Assembly (NCBI RefSeq): GCF_009914755.1
Contig: NC_060926.1
Source of the DNA: the human T2T-CHM13v2.0 reference genome, Homo sapiens
DNA: 64,000 nucleotides
Reading direction: 5' to 3' (one strand)
This document shows, one piece after another, positions 1 through 13,400 of the stretch. A model generated the notes under the pieces. It ran no database searches, was not told where the DNA came from, and saw only the letters and a program-made list of their open reading frames with translations. Positions within the stretch are counted from its first letter, which is position 1. Each line of letters opens with the position of its first letter. The position numbers were made by a program, and so were the translations under genes.

Positions 1-1989
1 AGGCTTTTCTTCTCCACATGTAGAAAAAAGGCTCTTTCCTAATGTTTCCAGTAGTAAGTTCTAAAGATACATTTTCTCTTCCCAAATACACATACATGTA
101 TGTGGCCACACATGTAGTCAGATGTGAACTGGCTTCCAGCCCATTATTATTATAGACAGTAAACCTTTCAAATTAGACCTGAGGCTGACACTGCCAGGAC
201 AGGATCCACATTAATGTGGAGTCAGAGAGTTAATATGGAAAGGAAAGGTTTCCTTTCGCTTCCATGTCCCATCTCTACATAACCATGGCGACAGAGCCCA
301 GGCACTCCATGTGATCTGCAATGATCCTCCACACCTAGCCTCATGCACTGGTGGCAGTGAAGACCAGGCTGCAAAACTCTGCCTCCCATACTGTTCCTAT
401 CCCCATTTCCTATTTTATCCATAGTATTTATTATCACCTGATGCACACAGGTGTGTATGTGTGTAAGTAAATAAATATGATTTGTTATTGTATCCTGGTA
501 CATAGTACGTACTCACTCTAACTGCTGCTTTAATTTTATTTCCTTAAGTACTGGTTTAGTTGAAGATCTCTTTGTCCATTTGCTGGCCATTTAGACTTTT
601 CTTTGTATTCCCACTTCTTAACACCATGCTTCTTAGTACATAGTAGCTACTCAATAAATTGGGTAAAGGAAGGAAAAACCAGGGACAAATTTCTAACAGT
701 TCGGCTTTTGGATTCTTCTTGCTGAAGCTGGGAATTTGGTTTAAGAAAAAGAATTGCCCTAAAATAGGAGGAGATACTGGTGACGTGGCATTGCTTGAGG
801 GCATTACAGCAGCACAATCTCAATTCCTATTATAGAAACGCTTTCTTAGCAGGCATCAATCAACAGCAAACTCAGAAATTTTAAAGTGAAATTTAAGATG
901 TCCTAACATGTTAAGACTGACCATAGCCATAGGCCCTCCCACTCCAAGCTGCCAAATTCTCATGCCAATACTTTCTGGGTAGGTTTTTAGGTCAATAAAG
1001 AGTTCCTGTTAACTCACACCCTAGTCAGACTAATCTCTGATGCTTTAATTGGAAATGTTTAAGTCTTTCTTTTCCTGGGAACTCAAAACTTAAGCTTCTG
1101 TCGCTTCAAACATGAACTAAAGTACAGCATCTTGTCATACAATAAAAAGATACCAAAGAAGCTGGGAGATTTAGAACCGGTATGCAAAGACACACTAGGA
1201 AGTCCTGACATGTCAGCTCCCAGGTCAAGCCTTATGAAACTCATTTATGGGATGTCATTTACCACAGACAGATTCTCTATCTTATAACTGACATGGTCAG
1301 AAACCAATTAAGCACCTCTAACAGAAAGGTCCAACAGCATACGTTGGTACAGACACATACCTTGATGCAATTAATAGATATGGGAAAAAACTTATATGAA
1401 AATGTTGCCTTTAGACATAATCTTTTCTTTAATGTTCAATGTAGTAGGACTCATTTTCCTGCAATATCTCCCGTTCTGGGAGAATTAGGTGAAACCACAC
1501 CCATTTGACCCACAGACTAACTGTGCCGTGGACAACGGCTAGGTCACAGAGTTAAAGAAAATACAAATTGAAGAATTCTGGAATTTAGAAAAGAGATATG
1601 GATATTACTAACTCCTCTTTACCAGGGAGAGAATCCTACGGTATAGGAACCAAATGTTGGTCCTTAAAGAAACAGCTATATGAGCAAGATCAGGACTCAG
1701 ATAATTCATCTTATTCATTCTCAACCCATCAAGGGAATATTCTATTGGAGTAAATCTCAGCTTAGAACTGACAGTTTATTTTAAGTAAGTTTGGGTTTTA
1801 AAGTGAATCAGCAACTTATTTCCATTTTAGTTTGAGAGTTTTCTGACACTGAGAAGAAATGGAGATAAGGCAGTCTAGCTACCTTTACATGCCACCCTTT
1901 TATAATATTCTAACAAAATTTCTTTCCTTCTCTGGAGGCAGTAGTGTCTCGTCCCTAAAAGTAAGTTTGTAATAAATATCTACTGTTTT

Positions 1990-2670
1990 GAATGGCCACA
2001 CGTAGTAACAAGCTACAGTGCTGAAATTGAAAGGAGGGCAATCTGGCTGAGACATAACCAAAAAAAGGGGAAAGTACTAAGAAATAAGGCTGGAGAGTAG
2101 ACAAGCTCTTGTAAGTCTCCATGGCAAGGAGTTTGAATTTTATTCCAGAGACAACGGGAACAGAGATGGGATCTGACATACTTTTTAAAAATTATGCTGT
2201 AGAAAATGGATTTTAAAAAGACAAAAGTGAAAACAGGAAGTCCTGGTAAGAGACTTTCTCAGTATATCAAGAGGGAGATGATGGCTGCCTAGAGTCAGGT
2301 AGCTGGAGGAAAAAGAGGGAAAGAAGCAGATGGAGTTAATAGTAGAGAATGATGAAGCAAAAGGAAGAATAAAGAATCTTAATAACAAGAAGTTTTTAAT
2401 GACAACAGGTTTGCAGTTTTACTAATTGGGCAGATGATGATGCCATTAATAGAAACAGGGAAGGATAAGACAGTACTGCGGTTTTAATTTTAAAATTTTG
2501 GTGGGGGGGATTAGTGGAGGGACGTCAACAGTTTTTTTCTAGACATGTTAAGTTTGAGAAGCCTATTAGACTTCCAAATTGAAAGGTTAAGATGGCAGGT
2601 GGACATATGGAGTTTGGAGTTCAGGGACGAGATCAATGGTGTTTAAGGTAGAAACTGTCTAGCATGCAGA
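1990..2670 (-). mobile_element. L2 fragment
   Basis: ggagtttgaattttattc; agacatgttaagtttgagaagcctattagacttccaa; gagtttggagttcaggg. Confidence 0.7.
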
Positions 2671-3165
2671 TGGGAAGAACACTGTAAACATCTAAAACTT
2701 TGGCAGACAGGCAGGGTGTGGTAGGGAGAAGAACCAGTAACATCAGGGAATAAAGTGGAAATGTGTATACTGTAAGCAGCTAAGTAAACAAAGAAAAACA
2801 AAACAACTCTTTTGCAGTGGTTATATGCAAATAGTTCTGAAGTTATTTTGAAAAAAAAAAAAAAAAAAGAGGTGATAACTACCCACTAGTTTTACAAAGA
2901 GTGTTGCTTCCAGATTTTTTCTTACGCATATCTAGTAATTTTCATCAGACCAGGCGCTTAATCTTTAATGACAGGTACTCCATAAATGTCTATTACAGGG
3001 CTGAATTTCCAGAGAAATATTCATAATCTGGTGCAGCTGTTTTTTATTCTAAGGGGCAAAATACAAAATGTTACAGAGAATCTACAGGAAGTTTTAAAGT
3101 TCTTCAACAGCTCTACATAAGAAAATCCATTTTACAGTACTAACACCAGAACATATTAATATTTA

Positions 3166-3387
<222 letters not shown>

Positions 3388-4592
3388 TAACAATAACAAG
3401 CTTATCATTTCTTTACCAAAATATCCACATAACTTTAGTAAAGAAATAAGCTTGTTAATATGTAAAGACATGGAAACCTCCTGTATACACTTGGGTGAAG
3501 GTGGGACAGTGGTAATTTTTTTTAAATCTTTTTTCCTTCTTTTCCCAAAGAATCACTTTTAACTTTTCAGGGTAAGTTTAAAATAGCTTTGCTTTGAATG
3601 AATCCTTTTTGTTCATTATTTAAAAATCAAAATATGCAAATAAATAGACAAAGGACCACACTATACTGGTTCAAAGTTCTTTATCCTTCTTCTTTAGTTA
3701 AAAATAATCACATACATATGTTAGTTGGCATCATAATTGGGATAATTTCAATAATCTTTTTCTCTAAATTTCCTCTGAATGTACTTCTCAACTGCTCAAA
3801 TACTAATGCTCTTCTGCACTGGCATCAGAAGCCACTCAAGTTGGGGAACTCCTTTGGTATCAGTAAGAGACAAAGCCTCTGGCCCTGTGACCACTCAACG
3901 TTCATTCAGCAAAGGCAACCTTCTGGCATGAAAGTAAGCCTTCAGAAGTCAGTCAGAAAGAATGATGCAAAATTTCTTGAAAACTTTGCCAGATGATGAA
4001 CATAAAAAGTAGAGGGCAAAATAACATTGTCAAATTTGCTCTCCATCTTAGGAACTCAAGGCAAGACAAAAGTCATCCCGACCACAGTAGACAATGTTTC
4101 CATTGCTTTTAACTAATCCAGTAGAAAAAGCATCTAAAGTTTCAGGCATTTAAGAGTGACAATTGTCTTTCAGACAGTTGGAAAGGATGTGAAAAAACAC
4201 TTGTTGGAATAAACGGAATGTGCCTTGGCTTCTGTGGTCAAAATTTCTGGGACTCAGCTGAAAAAAGATTCTGGCTTAAGACTTACATGGTTTTCATCAC
4301 CCCATAAACATTAACATTATTGATGCAGATCTGTCACTTGAAATATTTTACCCATATCCTCCACTGCAAGGAATTTTCTTTTTACCCATTCATCTCTAGT
4401 GACAAATTTGTGGCATTTACAAATTTAAAAGGCTGTCAAAATCTAATAATGAAATCTTGGGGGAGTCACATGGGGGCACAGATCAGAAGGAACCAAAATT
4501 AATTTTAGAGGATTTACTACATAGGTTAGGGGTCACAATGAGGCAAGTTTCTCTCTACAGTGTGAAATGCACAGAAGCAATATCTTCCCAGA

Positions 4593-4595
<3 letters not shown>

Positions 4596-4624
<29 letters not shown>
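4596..4624 (+). repeat. Poly(A) tract, ~29 nt
   Basis: Direct read; no attached retroelement body recognised. Confidence 0.9.
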
Positions 4625-4627
<3 letters not shown>

Positions 4628-5599
4628 GAAAAGGAATTAGTGTTAGTCAAGCCACGGAACAAAGTCAGAAACATATTAAAGAAACCAATGTTAGACAGCA
4701 TAGAAAAACCATGTTGTCAGTGACTTAAACCATGCCAGAGTCCATCATTGTTTTAATAATAGCTATTACTAAGAGTCATATATACTTTTCAACTACTGAT
4801 AACTCACCTATGAAACGTTTTCATCTCAACAGACATTAAATTTAAAGGCTCAAGTTCTACAATTTTTCCCCAGTAAAGTTCAACAAAAATGGAAACATGG
4901 TTTAAAAAGTAAAGGCCAGGGTGTTTTCCCTTGCCAAATCCTCTATGATGTACCTGCTACTAGAGAAAGTTCAATGGCTAGGAACAGACATTTGCCTCAA
5001 AACTTCAGTATTAGGTGTCTTGAGTAAGAAAAGTCAGAAGGAAGAAGTTGTAGGCTGACACATACATGATGGGGACACAGTTAAGTGGCTCCTGTCAGGC
5101 AGACCCTCTAGAGAGGTCTGACTTGGGATATGTCAGAGACCATATTGGACAGGATCTAGGGCATTAACTCAAAGTCAGAATATAAAACAGTTGCCTCCTA
5201 AGAACGAATTGACATGCCAAAGACTGATTCCCAGCAGGTTGGCTTCACACAGATGTTGGCCTTCTGCACAGTATGCCATGGGAACGACAGCATAAGCTAA
5301 TCAATCCTGATAGAAAGCTGAGGTGCTGAATCAGGTCCCTGCTTCATAATGTCTTTAATGCTGGAACTGCAAGTCTTGAGACCCTAAGTCCCCATTATCA
5401 TGCCTGGGGGAGAGCAGGGAGTCCCCTAACCATGTATACTGAGGTAGGAGAACAAGAGAAGAGGCAAAAATTCTGCCATACCCTACCACAATTGAATCTC
5501 CTTAATCCTTAAGGATCCTCCCAAATCATTAATTCTCACATCTTAAGGATTGGGGATCCTTTTCCCAAGTCTGAGTTTTCAAGTGTGAAGTCTGGTCCT

Positions 5600-6010
5600 A
5601 ACAGTCCAATATTGAATAAGAAATCAAATATATAGCAAAAGATAATTTCCCAGAAGTGAAGGACATCTTTAGATTACAAAAGGTACAAGAAGTGTTCAAC
5701 CCAATTAATAAAAAGACATGAGCATCTAGGCATATCAAGATGGAAAAAAAAAAACCCCACAGAACACCTACAAAAAAACAAAAACACCCCAAACTTCCAG
5801 AAATTAAAAACATAGGTCGCCCTCAAAGGAATGAGCATCAGACTGCCATCAATACCACTGGGTGGTAGAAGGCAAAAGAATGGATGCAAAGAAATCATTA
5901 AGGAAAAAATATTTGCAACCTAAAATTCTACATCCACTGAAACTATTATTCAAGCAGGAGGGCAAAATACCTTTTTCAACATGCATGAACTTAGAACATT
6001 TACTTCCTAT
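5600..6010 (+). mobile_element. Ancient L1/HAL1 ORF1 remnant
   Basis: QPKILHPLKLLFKQEGKI in ORF 5862-6200 resembles the L1 ORF1p C-terminal QPRIxYPAKLSF motif. Confidence 0.6.
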
Positions 6011-6213
6011 ACACCTCCAAACAGTCATCCATCAGTGGCAGGGTTTTACGTCCTTATTCTTTTCTAATTTTCTATGTACTACTAGTGTAATAAATGTTTT
6101 CTATCTGCATAATGAATACTTTCTCCTTAAAGAGTTTAAAGCAGAAATTACTTCTGTGACTTTCTTCCTTTTCCCATCACTTGTAAAAAATTACCTTTAA
6201 AATGGCATGTTGA

Positions 6214-6510
6214 GGTCGGGCGCAGTGGCTCACGCCTGTAATCCCAGCACTTTGGGAGGCTGAGGCAGGTGGATCACGAGGTCAAGAGATCAAGATCATC
6301 CTGGCCAACACGGTGAAACCCCGACTCTAATAAGAATACAAAAATTCTAGGCGTGGTGGCGGGCGCCTGTAGTCCCAGCTACTTGGGAGGCTGAGGCAGG
6401 AGAACTGCTTGAACTCAGGGAAGCAGAGGTTGCAGTGAGTCGAGATTGCGCCACTGCATTCCAGCCTGGCGACAGAGCGAGGCTCTATCTCAAAAACAAA
6501 AAAAAAGAAA
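6214..6510 (+). mobile_element. AluSc-like full-length Alu
   Basis: Dimer with gatcacgaggtcaagagatc, A tail and flanking ggcatgt repeat. Confidence 0.92.
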
Positions 6511-7204
6511 AGGCATGTCACATTTCCTAAATGGGTCAGATACAAAGAGTTAAGTGATTTAACCCTCATAAGGGTATTAAAAATTTTGGAACACATTATT
6601 TTCTGTTCCATATAGAAGGCAATTTTCTGCCTCTAATCAGAATCTCCCAAATTGGTTTCTTTTGCCAAAATAGAACCAAAAGGTAAACCAAAACATATAT
6701 TTGAAGAATAGGCATTAGGCATATAAAACCATGAAAGTTGAATATCAAATTATTTAACAGACAGCTTTCTTTTTATACACTTAGATAGTTATTGTAGGGG
6801 TTATATTCCTGAATATGTTACGTAACAAAAGCTGAGTATATCAGAATTACACATTTTAAGCTAATATAATTTTATATAAGTGTACCATTCCTTGGGGCAG
6901 AGAATATTTACATCAAGTTTCCATAGTAAACAGTATTTTCTCTCCATATCTTAACATACAACATACAACTACTATACATTTAAAATAACATGGCTTATTG
7001 TTTAATAAGAGTATTAAAGGATGCATTTTTAATAATTTGTTGTTTAATGAGAGTATTAAATAATACCATGTCGTTTATGACATACAGAAACAGGAAAAGC
7101 AATTGTTACTGAGTCCTCTCTTCAATAAGATAAGATTATTACTGGTTAAAGACTTCCAGAGATGCTAAAATATAATCATTCTGCATATAACTTAGTTATC
7201 AATA

Positions 7205-7400
7205 TTAAGAGCACAGATTTTGAATCCAGGTAGACTTAGTTTCAAATCTTGCCTCTACTATTAACAGATTCTTAATCTCTTTGTGCTTCAAGTTGTTTTA
7301 TCTACGAAATGGGGAAAATAACAGCACCTAGCCATACAGAATTATTAGAACTAGATAGAATAATATATTTTATTATAAACTGGGTACTACAAAAAGGCTC
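7205..7400 (+). mobile_element. MIR
   Basis: ttcaaatcttgcctctacta...aatggggaaaataacagcacct. Confidence 0.7.
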
Positions 7401-10400
7401 AACAAAAAAACATTATGATCACCATGACCATTACCATATGCTGAGTAAGGAAAAAAACCCAAAATCCCAAACTTGGAGTGGACCATTCTACTATTATGAC
7501 AAAGGTATTCAGCATTAGGCACAGAGCTGGAAAAATGCAACATTTGCATCTCAGAGGCCTGGGAGGTTACACAAATGTCGAAATCACACAGGCACAAGAG
7601 AAAGATGTCAAGGCTTAGGGTAAACTGGAAAGGCTTGTGCCCTAACGACCTTCAAATTTACATTATTTAAAAATTTTAGTGCTAGACAAGCAAAAATACT
7701 CTGCTAGTGGAATAGACCTGCAGATAACTATTTTTCACCTCTTGAACTAGGGCCATTATTCAAGAACTGAAGCTACCCTGAAAGAAATTAGAAAACAGGA
7801 TTCCTACATTCCAATGTGTCATTATTTTTCTCTGGATTTCTCATTTAATAAATACTTTTTTCTCCTTAGGGGAAAAAAAGTTACATGTTTTAATTACAGC
7901 AAATTAGAGCAGTGCACAAATGCACAAAGAGAAGAAGAAACTAATACAATTTTATCACCTGGGGCAACTCATCTTAACTTTTACGGATATTTCCTTCAGG
8001 TTTTCCTAGGCATATTTTTCTTCTGTAATACAAATGTGAACCCAGCTTTTAACTATTTGAACATTTTATTTTCACATTTTATTAAAAATTCTTTGGAAGT
8101 TTAATTTTAAACGATTGCAGATTATTCAATTATATGAACAAATTTTAATGTCTTTTTTATTGAACATTTTCTTTACTTTTCCAGTTTTCAATGATTATAG
8201 GTAACACTATAAAAACATGTTTATGCATAACAATTTACTTGCTTAAGACATAATGCTCAAAAGAGAACTAGTCAAAACAAAGCAGGACATTTTGAGGACC
8301 TTGATACACACTGTCAGTCTGCACACTGAAACAGTTAAATCAGTTTACACTCCCTCAGAAGGACAGAGGAATGCCCTTTTGGCTACCTGTTTACCGACTG
8401 TGAGTCCACGGATATTCCTAATAAATGTCATATTAAGATTCTAAAATCGCTTCATAAAATAAGTGATTTTAAACACTTATTTAAAAGTAATTTTGATTCT
8501 GAAATCGCCATATGACTTCAAAGTTATATTACTTTTACTAACAGTGCATTGTAAAGTTTTACCGATCCTCTGAAATCCTGGATATGTATGGTTTTATTTC
8601 AAGTATCTAAGCTGTATGATAACAAGGGTGTGATATTAAAATCCAGGAATAATATTAGGACTATAATTTTGGCCAATATTTCAACCACTTCAACCCCGAA
8701 GTTTTTTTCAGAGCTATACAAATTAAAACACTGTATTTTTACACCAACATTCTCAGAGGGCATACTGTGTAGCACTAGCTTGTGCTCTTATGGATATGCT
8801 GTGGAAATTAGCTATCTAAGAGTAAAGCCGCAGAAATAAGCGAGCTACAGTTAACACGAACTAGAGTCATCTTGAGTCAACTACTTCAATTCAACTTCAG
8901 GTGTATGAGCTGAGAAGGCGAAGACCAGTGCTTCATAAGGGTGATCAGGGCTTCATAAGGGTGATCTGGGTCTACAGTCATTGTATGTCACAGCCCTCTC
9001 TCTTAAGGCAGGTGAAACCAGGTATCACATACAGCTGTTCAGGGTTAATGGCTCCATATAACACCAATAATGCCCAAACACTTGGAAGTGAAACCAGGTT
9101 TTTAACCTTTCTTAACAGATGACATAAGACCACAAAAAGAAGCACAGGAGGCCTACGATACTAAATTTTCCATTCATCTCGTGAGAGTGTTATATGGAAA
9201 TCAAATACAAGAAAAGTTGGCCATTTGAAAAATTAAAGATTATCACTAAATAATTTTATAAATTGGCACACTTGGAAGCATTAATTCTCTGTTAAGTATA
9301 ATGAGAAGATAGCGAATTCAAAGTTCCTTAAGGGCAGGGATCATGAACTTTGTGATTTGTGGGGTTTATAGCACATTTCCCTTGAAATTGTAGGTATAAT
9401 TGAGTAAATGAATGAAAAATGTTAATAAACTATATATTTGTATAGTACCAAATGCAAACTATTTTTCACATAATGAATCTACAGCTTTAGTAGTAACATG
9501 TTTCCAAAAATTTTAGATCTTCTATACTGGAAGAGTTACAATATTTTTAAATTTTCTGTGCTCTGTAACATTAGTTATCAATTAAGAAGTTCTTCTCAAT
9601 TAGCATTATATCTTAAAGCACTGTCCTAGTCCATTAGATGTTCAAGGGAGGGAACAAGAGAATGACTATATACGTCAATTAAAGCAATTACAGAACAGAA
9701 AGATGTTGGGATGAATACCCATCAAGTTAGTTTTAGAACATATAAGAAGCATCAGAGTTTTGAAGGGAAAAAAGGCAAAAGTGCCCTATCTTGGCTGAGT
9801 AGCACTATTAAATTCAGATGCAGGGTTCTATTTAGTTTGGACAGGTCCCAGCCACAGAACAAAGTCAGTCTGTCTTAGTGCCATAACTGAATTCTACAAG
9901 TTAACAGCTTTTCATGAAAAGCTGCCATTTCAAAATGTCAATCAAATCTGAGCATAAGTGGGAACTCCTGCAGAAATAACCAGCTGCAGGTTTGAAAAAC
10001 ATTTTTCACTGAAAGTGGAAACACAAAAGATGTTTGAACGGGATCTCTTTTCATTCCTGTAACAGTAGACGGCCATTTTCACAACATCAAGGACAGAAAA
10101 CAAAGGACAAAATTGCAAATAATGTCTTGAAAGGGCTATTTGCAGGGTGATGACTGATTCAAGCTACAAATGACAGAATTATTGGCAAATGGGAACTCAT
10201 TAATATGAAATTGTTTGTTTCTCATTAAGTGATCATAGTCTTGGACTATTTTTTTTAATTGCACTTGAATGGATTATGCCATACAGAATGAAATGTAGCC
10301 TCAAGTTTTGGCATTTATTCTCACCGTCTTTACAGACATAGATGATGGTATCCCCTAACTTTACGGGGGTGAAATTATTGAACATATGAAAAATATTATT

Positions 10401-13400
10401 TCGCTTTTCAGAATACCAAAGGTAATAAAAATACTGTGCATTAATATTGCACCTTTCTTCCAAGAAAAAGTCCCTTATTGGCAATTATACAATAAACTGA
10501 TATTAAATGACAGAGTACTAGGTATGACATACTATCAGAGATTTTGTGGAAGAGAGATAGCATTCATGAGATACACATCACTTTTCTTTGAGAAAATACT
10601 CTGCAGAAGATCTGCCGGCATACAGTATCTTCAGAGACACACAACAGCAAAAAGATTAATCAGAAAATAGAATTTTAAAATTGTTCCACAACTTAGAAAG
10701 TGGTAAAGCACAAATATCCTCCAAACTTTTTTTTTTTTTTAACATTACATACTTCAACAAGTCTTTTCTTTTTTTTCCATTTGCTGGCAGCAACGAAGAG
10801 ACTTTAAGTTCATGTAAATGATGGCTCCTCTCAACACCAATGCAATTGTCTGTCTGGGCAGTAGAGATATCAATTTTGATTTTCTTTTATATAAATGAGA
10901 GGTAAAAATAAAAACTGATTTTCTTTTACATAAATGAGAGGTAAAAATAAAATGAGAGGTAAAAATAAAAATTGTGGTTAAAAAATTTTAATGTTTCATT
11001 AAAATTTTGGGGGATCCCACAGTTAACCAATTTTTATTTGCTTGAAGACTAAGTTTTGTTTACATATTTATTATACTCCGTATTGTTACTTAAATATAAA
11101 AACAAAAAGGTATTTAGAAATTAGACTCCCACTCCCAAATAAATGCTACAAACTGTTCAAACCAAAAACTGCTTTCATATGTTAAGGAGTAATTCAGGGA
11201 CATTAGAATCTGTCTTTAAAATTTTTATTTTACAGTTCAATTTCTCATTTTCAGAAATTTGGGCTTTCACTGTTTTGATAAAAATTTGCCACATCTAACT
11301 TAACTGCAGATTTATTTAATTGCTGCAGGATAGTTTAATTAACCTTCTTATTTCTAAGCCAAATTGTGATTCTCTGGTTTCACACGCCTACTTTTACCTG
11401 AGAATTTCTCTCAGGCTTATAATCAGCAGCAGCAGTGCCCCCAAGTAAGCATCTAATAATATCCATAATATTTGTATATAAAATTAATTATGCAGAGATA
11501 TAATCAATCTCAGTACACGTCTTTAACCTTTCCCAAAGAGCTATAACTCATGTTTAGTTAAATACCAATCACATTCTCCATTACAAAGAAAAATACTCTT
11601 CATCCTAATTTGAATAAATGAATTTGGTTTTAATACATTTATATGTGTTTCTAAATATAAGATAGCTAAGTCTTGGCATACTGGTGTCTTTTGCTTTAAG
11701 AACTTTTCACCTAGTACTATAGCATTCATAGATCTTCCTATGAGAATATCCAATATTTGGTTCTGAATGTTTTTAATTCTTGTGTTCAAACAGCTGTATG
11801 GGGTTGTAGAGCTTGTTAAAAAAATTGGTTGTGGTGGGGGGGCGTAAGTTGGTTACCAGTTGTCACCCAAAAATAACAGTTTCTTTTATTAGGGTATTAC
11901 AAATGCAAATGGTTAATGTGGAATAAACTGTATACTAGGTTTTCGTTAGAATGTCTAAAGCTATCACACAAGGCATTCATCTGCATTCCCTGTTTATGGG
12001 GATGAAATACGTAGTCATTTGAAGTCCACAATATGTATACTGTGTTTGTAATAACTGCAGATTTTACAAGCACATTATTCTTTCCATTAGGATTAAAACC
12101 TCACCGAATAGCAATTTGTGAAAGAATTCTAGCAGGGCCCAGAGCCCAGAACTCTGACCTCTGATGAGATGCTTGGCAGCAACAAACTCTAGGTCTAGGC
12201 AAAACATCTGGTTTGAGTTAGACTTCCTGAAAAAATAGCCCCTGTACTGGGGAAACTGGTATTCACCGAGCTTTGTATATATACTTTGACTGACTTCAAC
12301 ACTGCTATAAGGAAAAAAAAAAAAAAAAGAAAGAAAAGAAAAGAAAAAGGAAAGAAAGACTCCACTAGAATGCTTGTCAATCATGACAGACTCCTTGGTG
12401 GCCCCTCCAGAGTTAAGCACTTTTATTAGCTAGAACAGTCTATTTCTCTCCATTCCTTAAGTACTTTTTTCCACATTATAGTATACAGAAAATACAATAA
12501 TGTCAAAATAAATTTAAGTTTGTTATTAACAAACAAATTACATTACTTTTAATCACTCCAGGGAAGAAATCACTAAATTTAACTTCATTCTGTTTACATA
12601 CATGGAGAGAAAAAATGTAAAACATGTTGAGAGTTCCTATAAATTTGGTAAATATTAAAACTCAAAAAAAAATAGCTTCTAACTAGTGTTCCTTTCTTAT
12701 AAAAATTACAAACTTAAATGTGGTAGTGATGTTTATTGCAAAGAGGTTCTTTCTGTTTTTGTTTTTAATCTTCACTGCAAATCTGATGAAAAACAAAACT
12801 CAGAAATTACTCCTCTAATATATACAGAGAGAGACTAGAGAAAAAGTTCTGGGTTAACATGCAAATATAAAATAATTTGGAGACAAAACATTCTTTTTAA
12901 AGATTCTTCTGCTCATTTTCCTCTTCTGATAAGCAACTTTAGTAGGACAAATGTGGCAATTCGTCCACTGCAATTAACATAAATCTCCAGTTCATTTTAA
13001 ACCTATCAAAATGTGAGTATTAAATTATTCCAACATTCTTATATACACAGTCTTTCGAAGCAGAGTTCTTATAGGTCAGATTGAAGACAGCCTCAAACTA
13101 TGAATGGTGCTACAAAAGGAAAAAGCGTTATCTAGCAGGATCTATTAGCCAAAGACTAATGTACAGCCCTAACAGAAGCATAAAAGCAGGATATTACAAT
13201 GTGGTATTCCCTATCTTGCCTAAGATTTTATTTGAATTTCTAGTAAAAGCAAAAATGTAATCCAATTTACCCCATTGTCAATGTGTAAGATCGTGGTACT
13301 GTGAGATAACGACTGGGAGCATGATTCACTTTGAAAGACCTGGGAGAGTTTTGTCAATCTCAGGTGGTGGTAAATTGCCATTTTATCTTTCTATATATCA

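Noticed and set aside
190-500. Possible ancient LTR fragments (also ~4960-5580)
   Set aside because: Composition is suggestive, but I could not match a family or its termini.
3598-3996. 132-aa ORF
   Set aside because: Low-complexity AT-driven composition with no recognisable homology; expected by chance.
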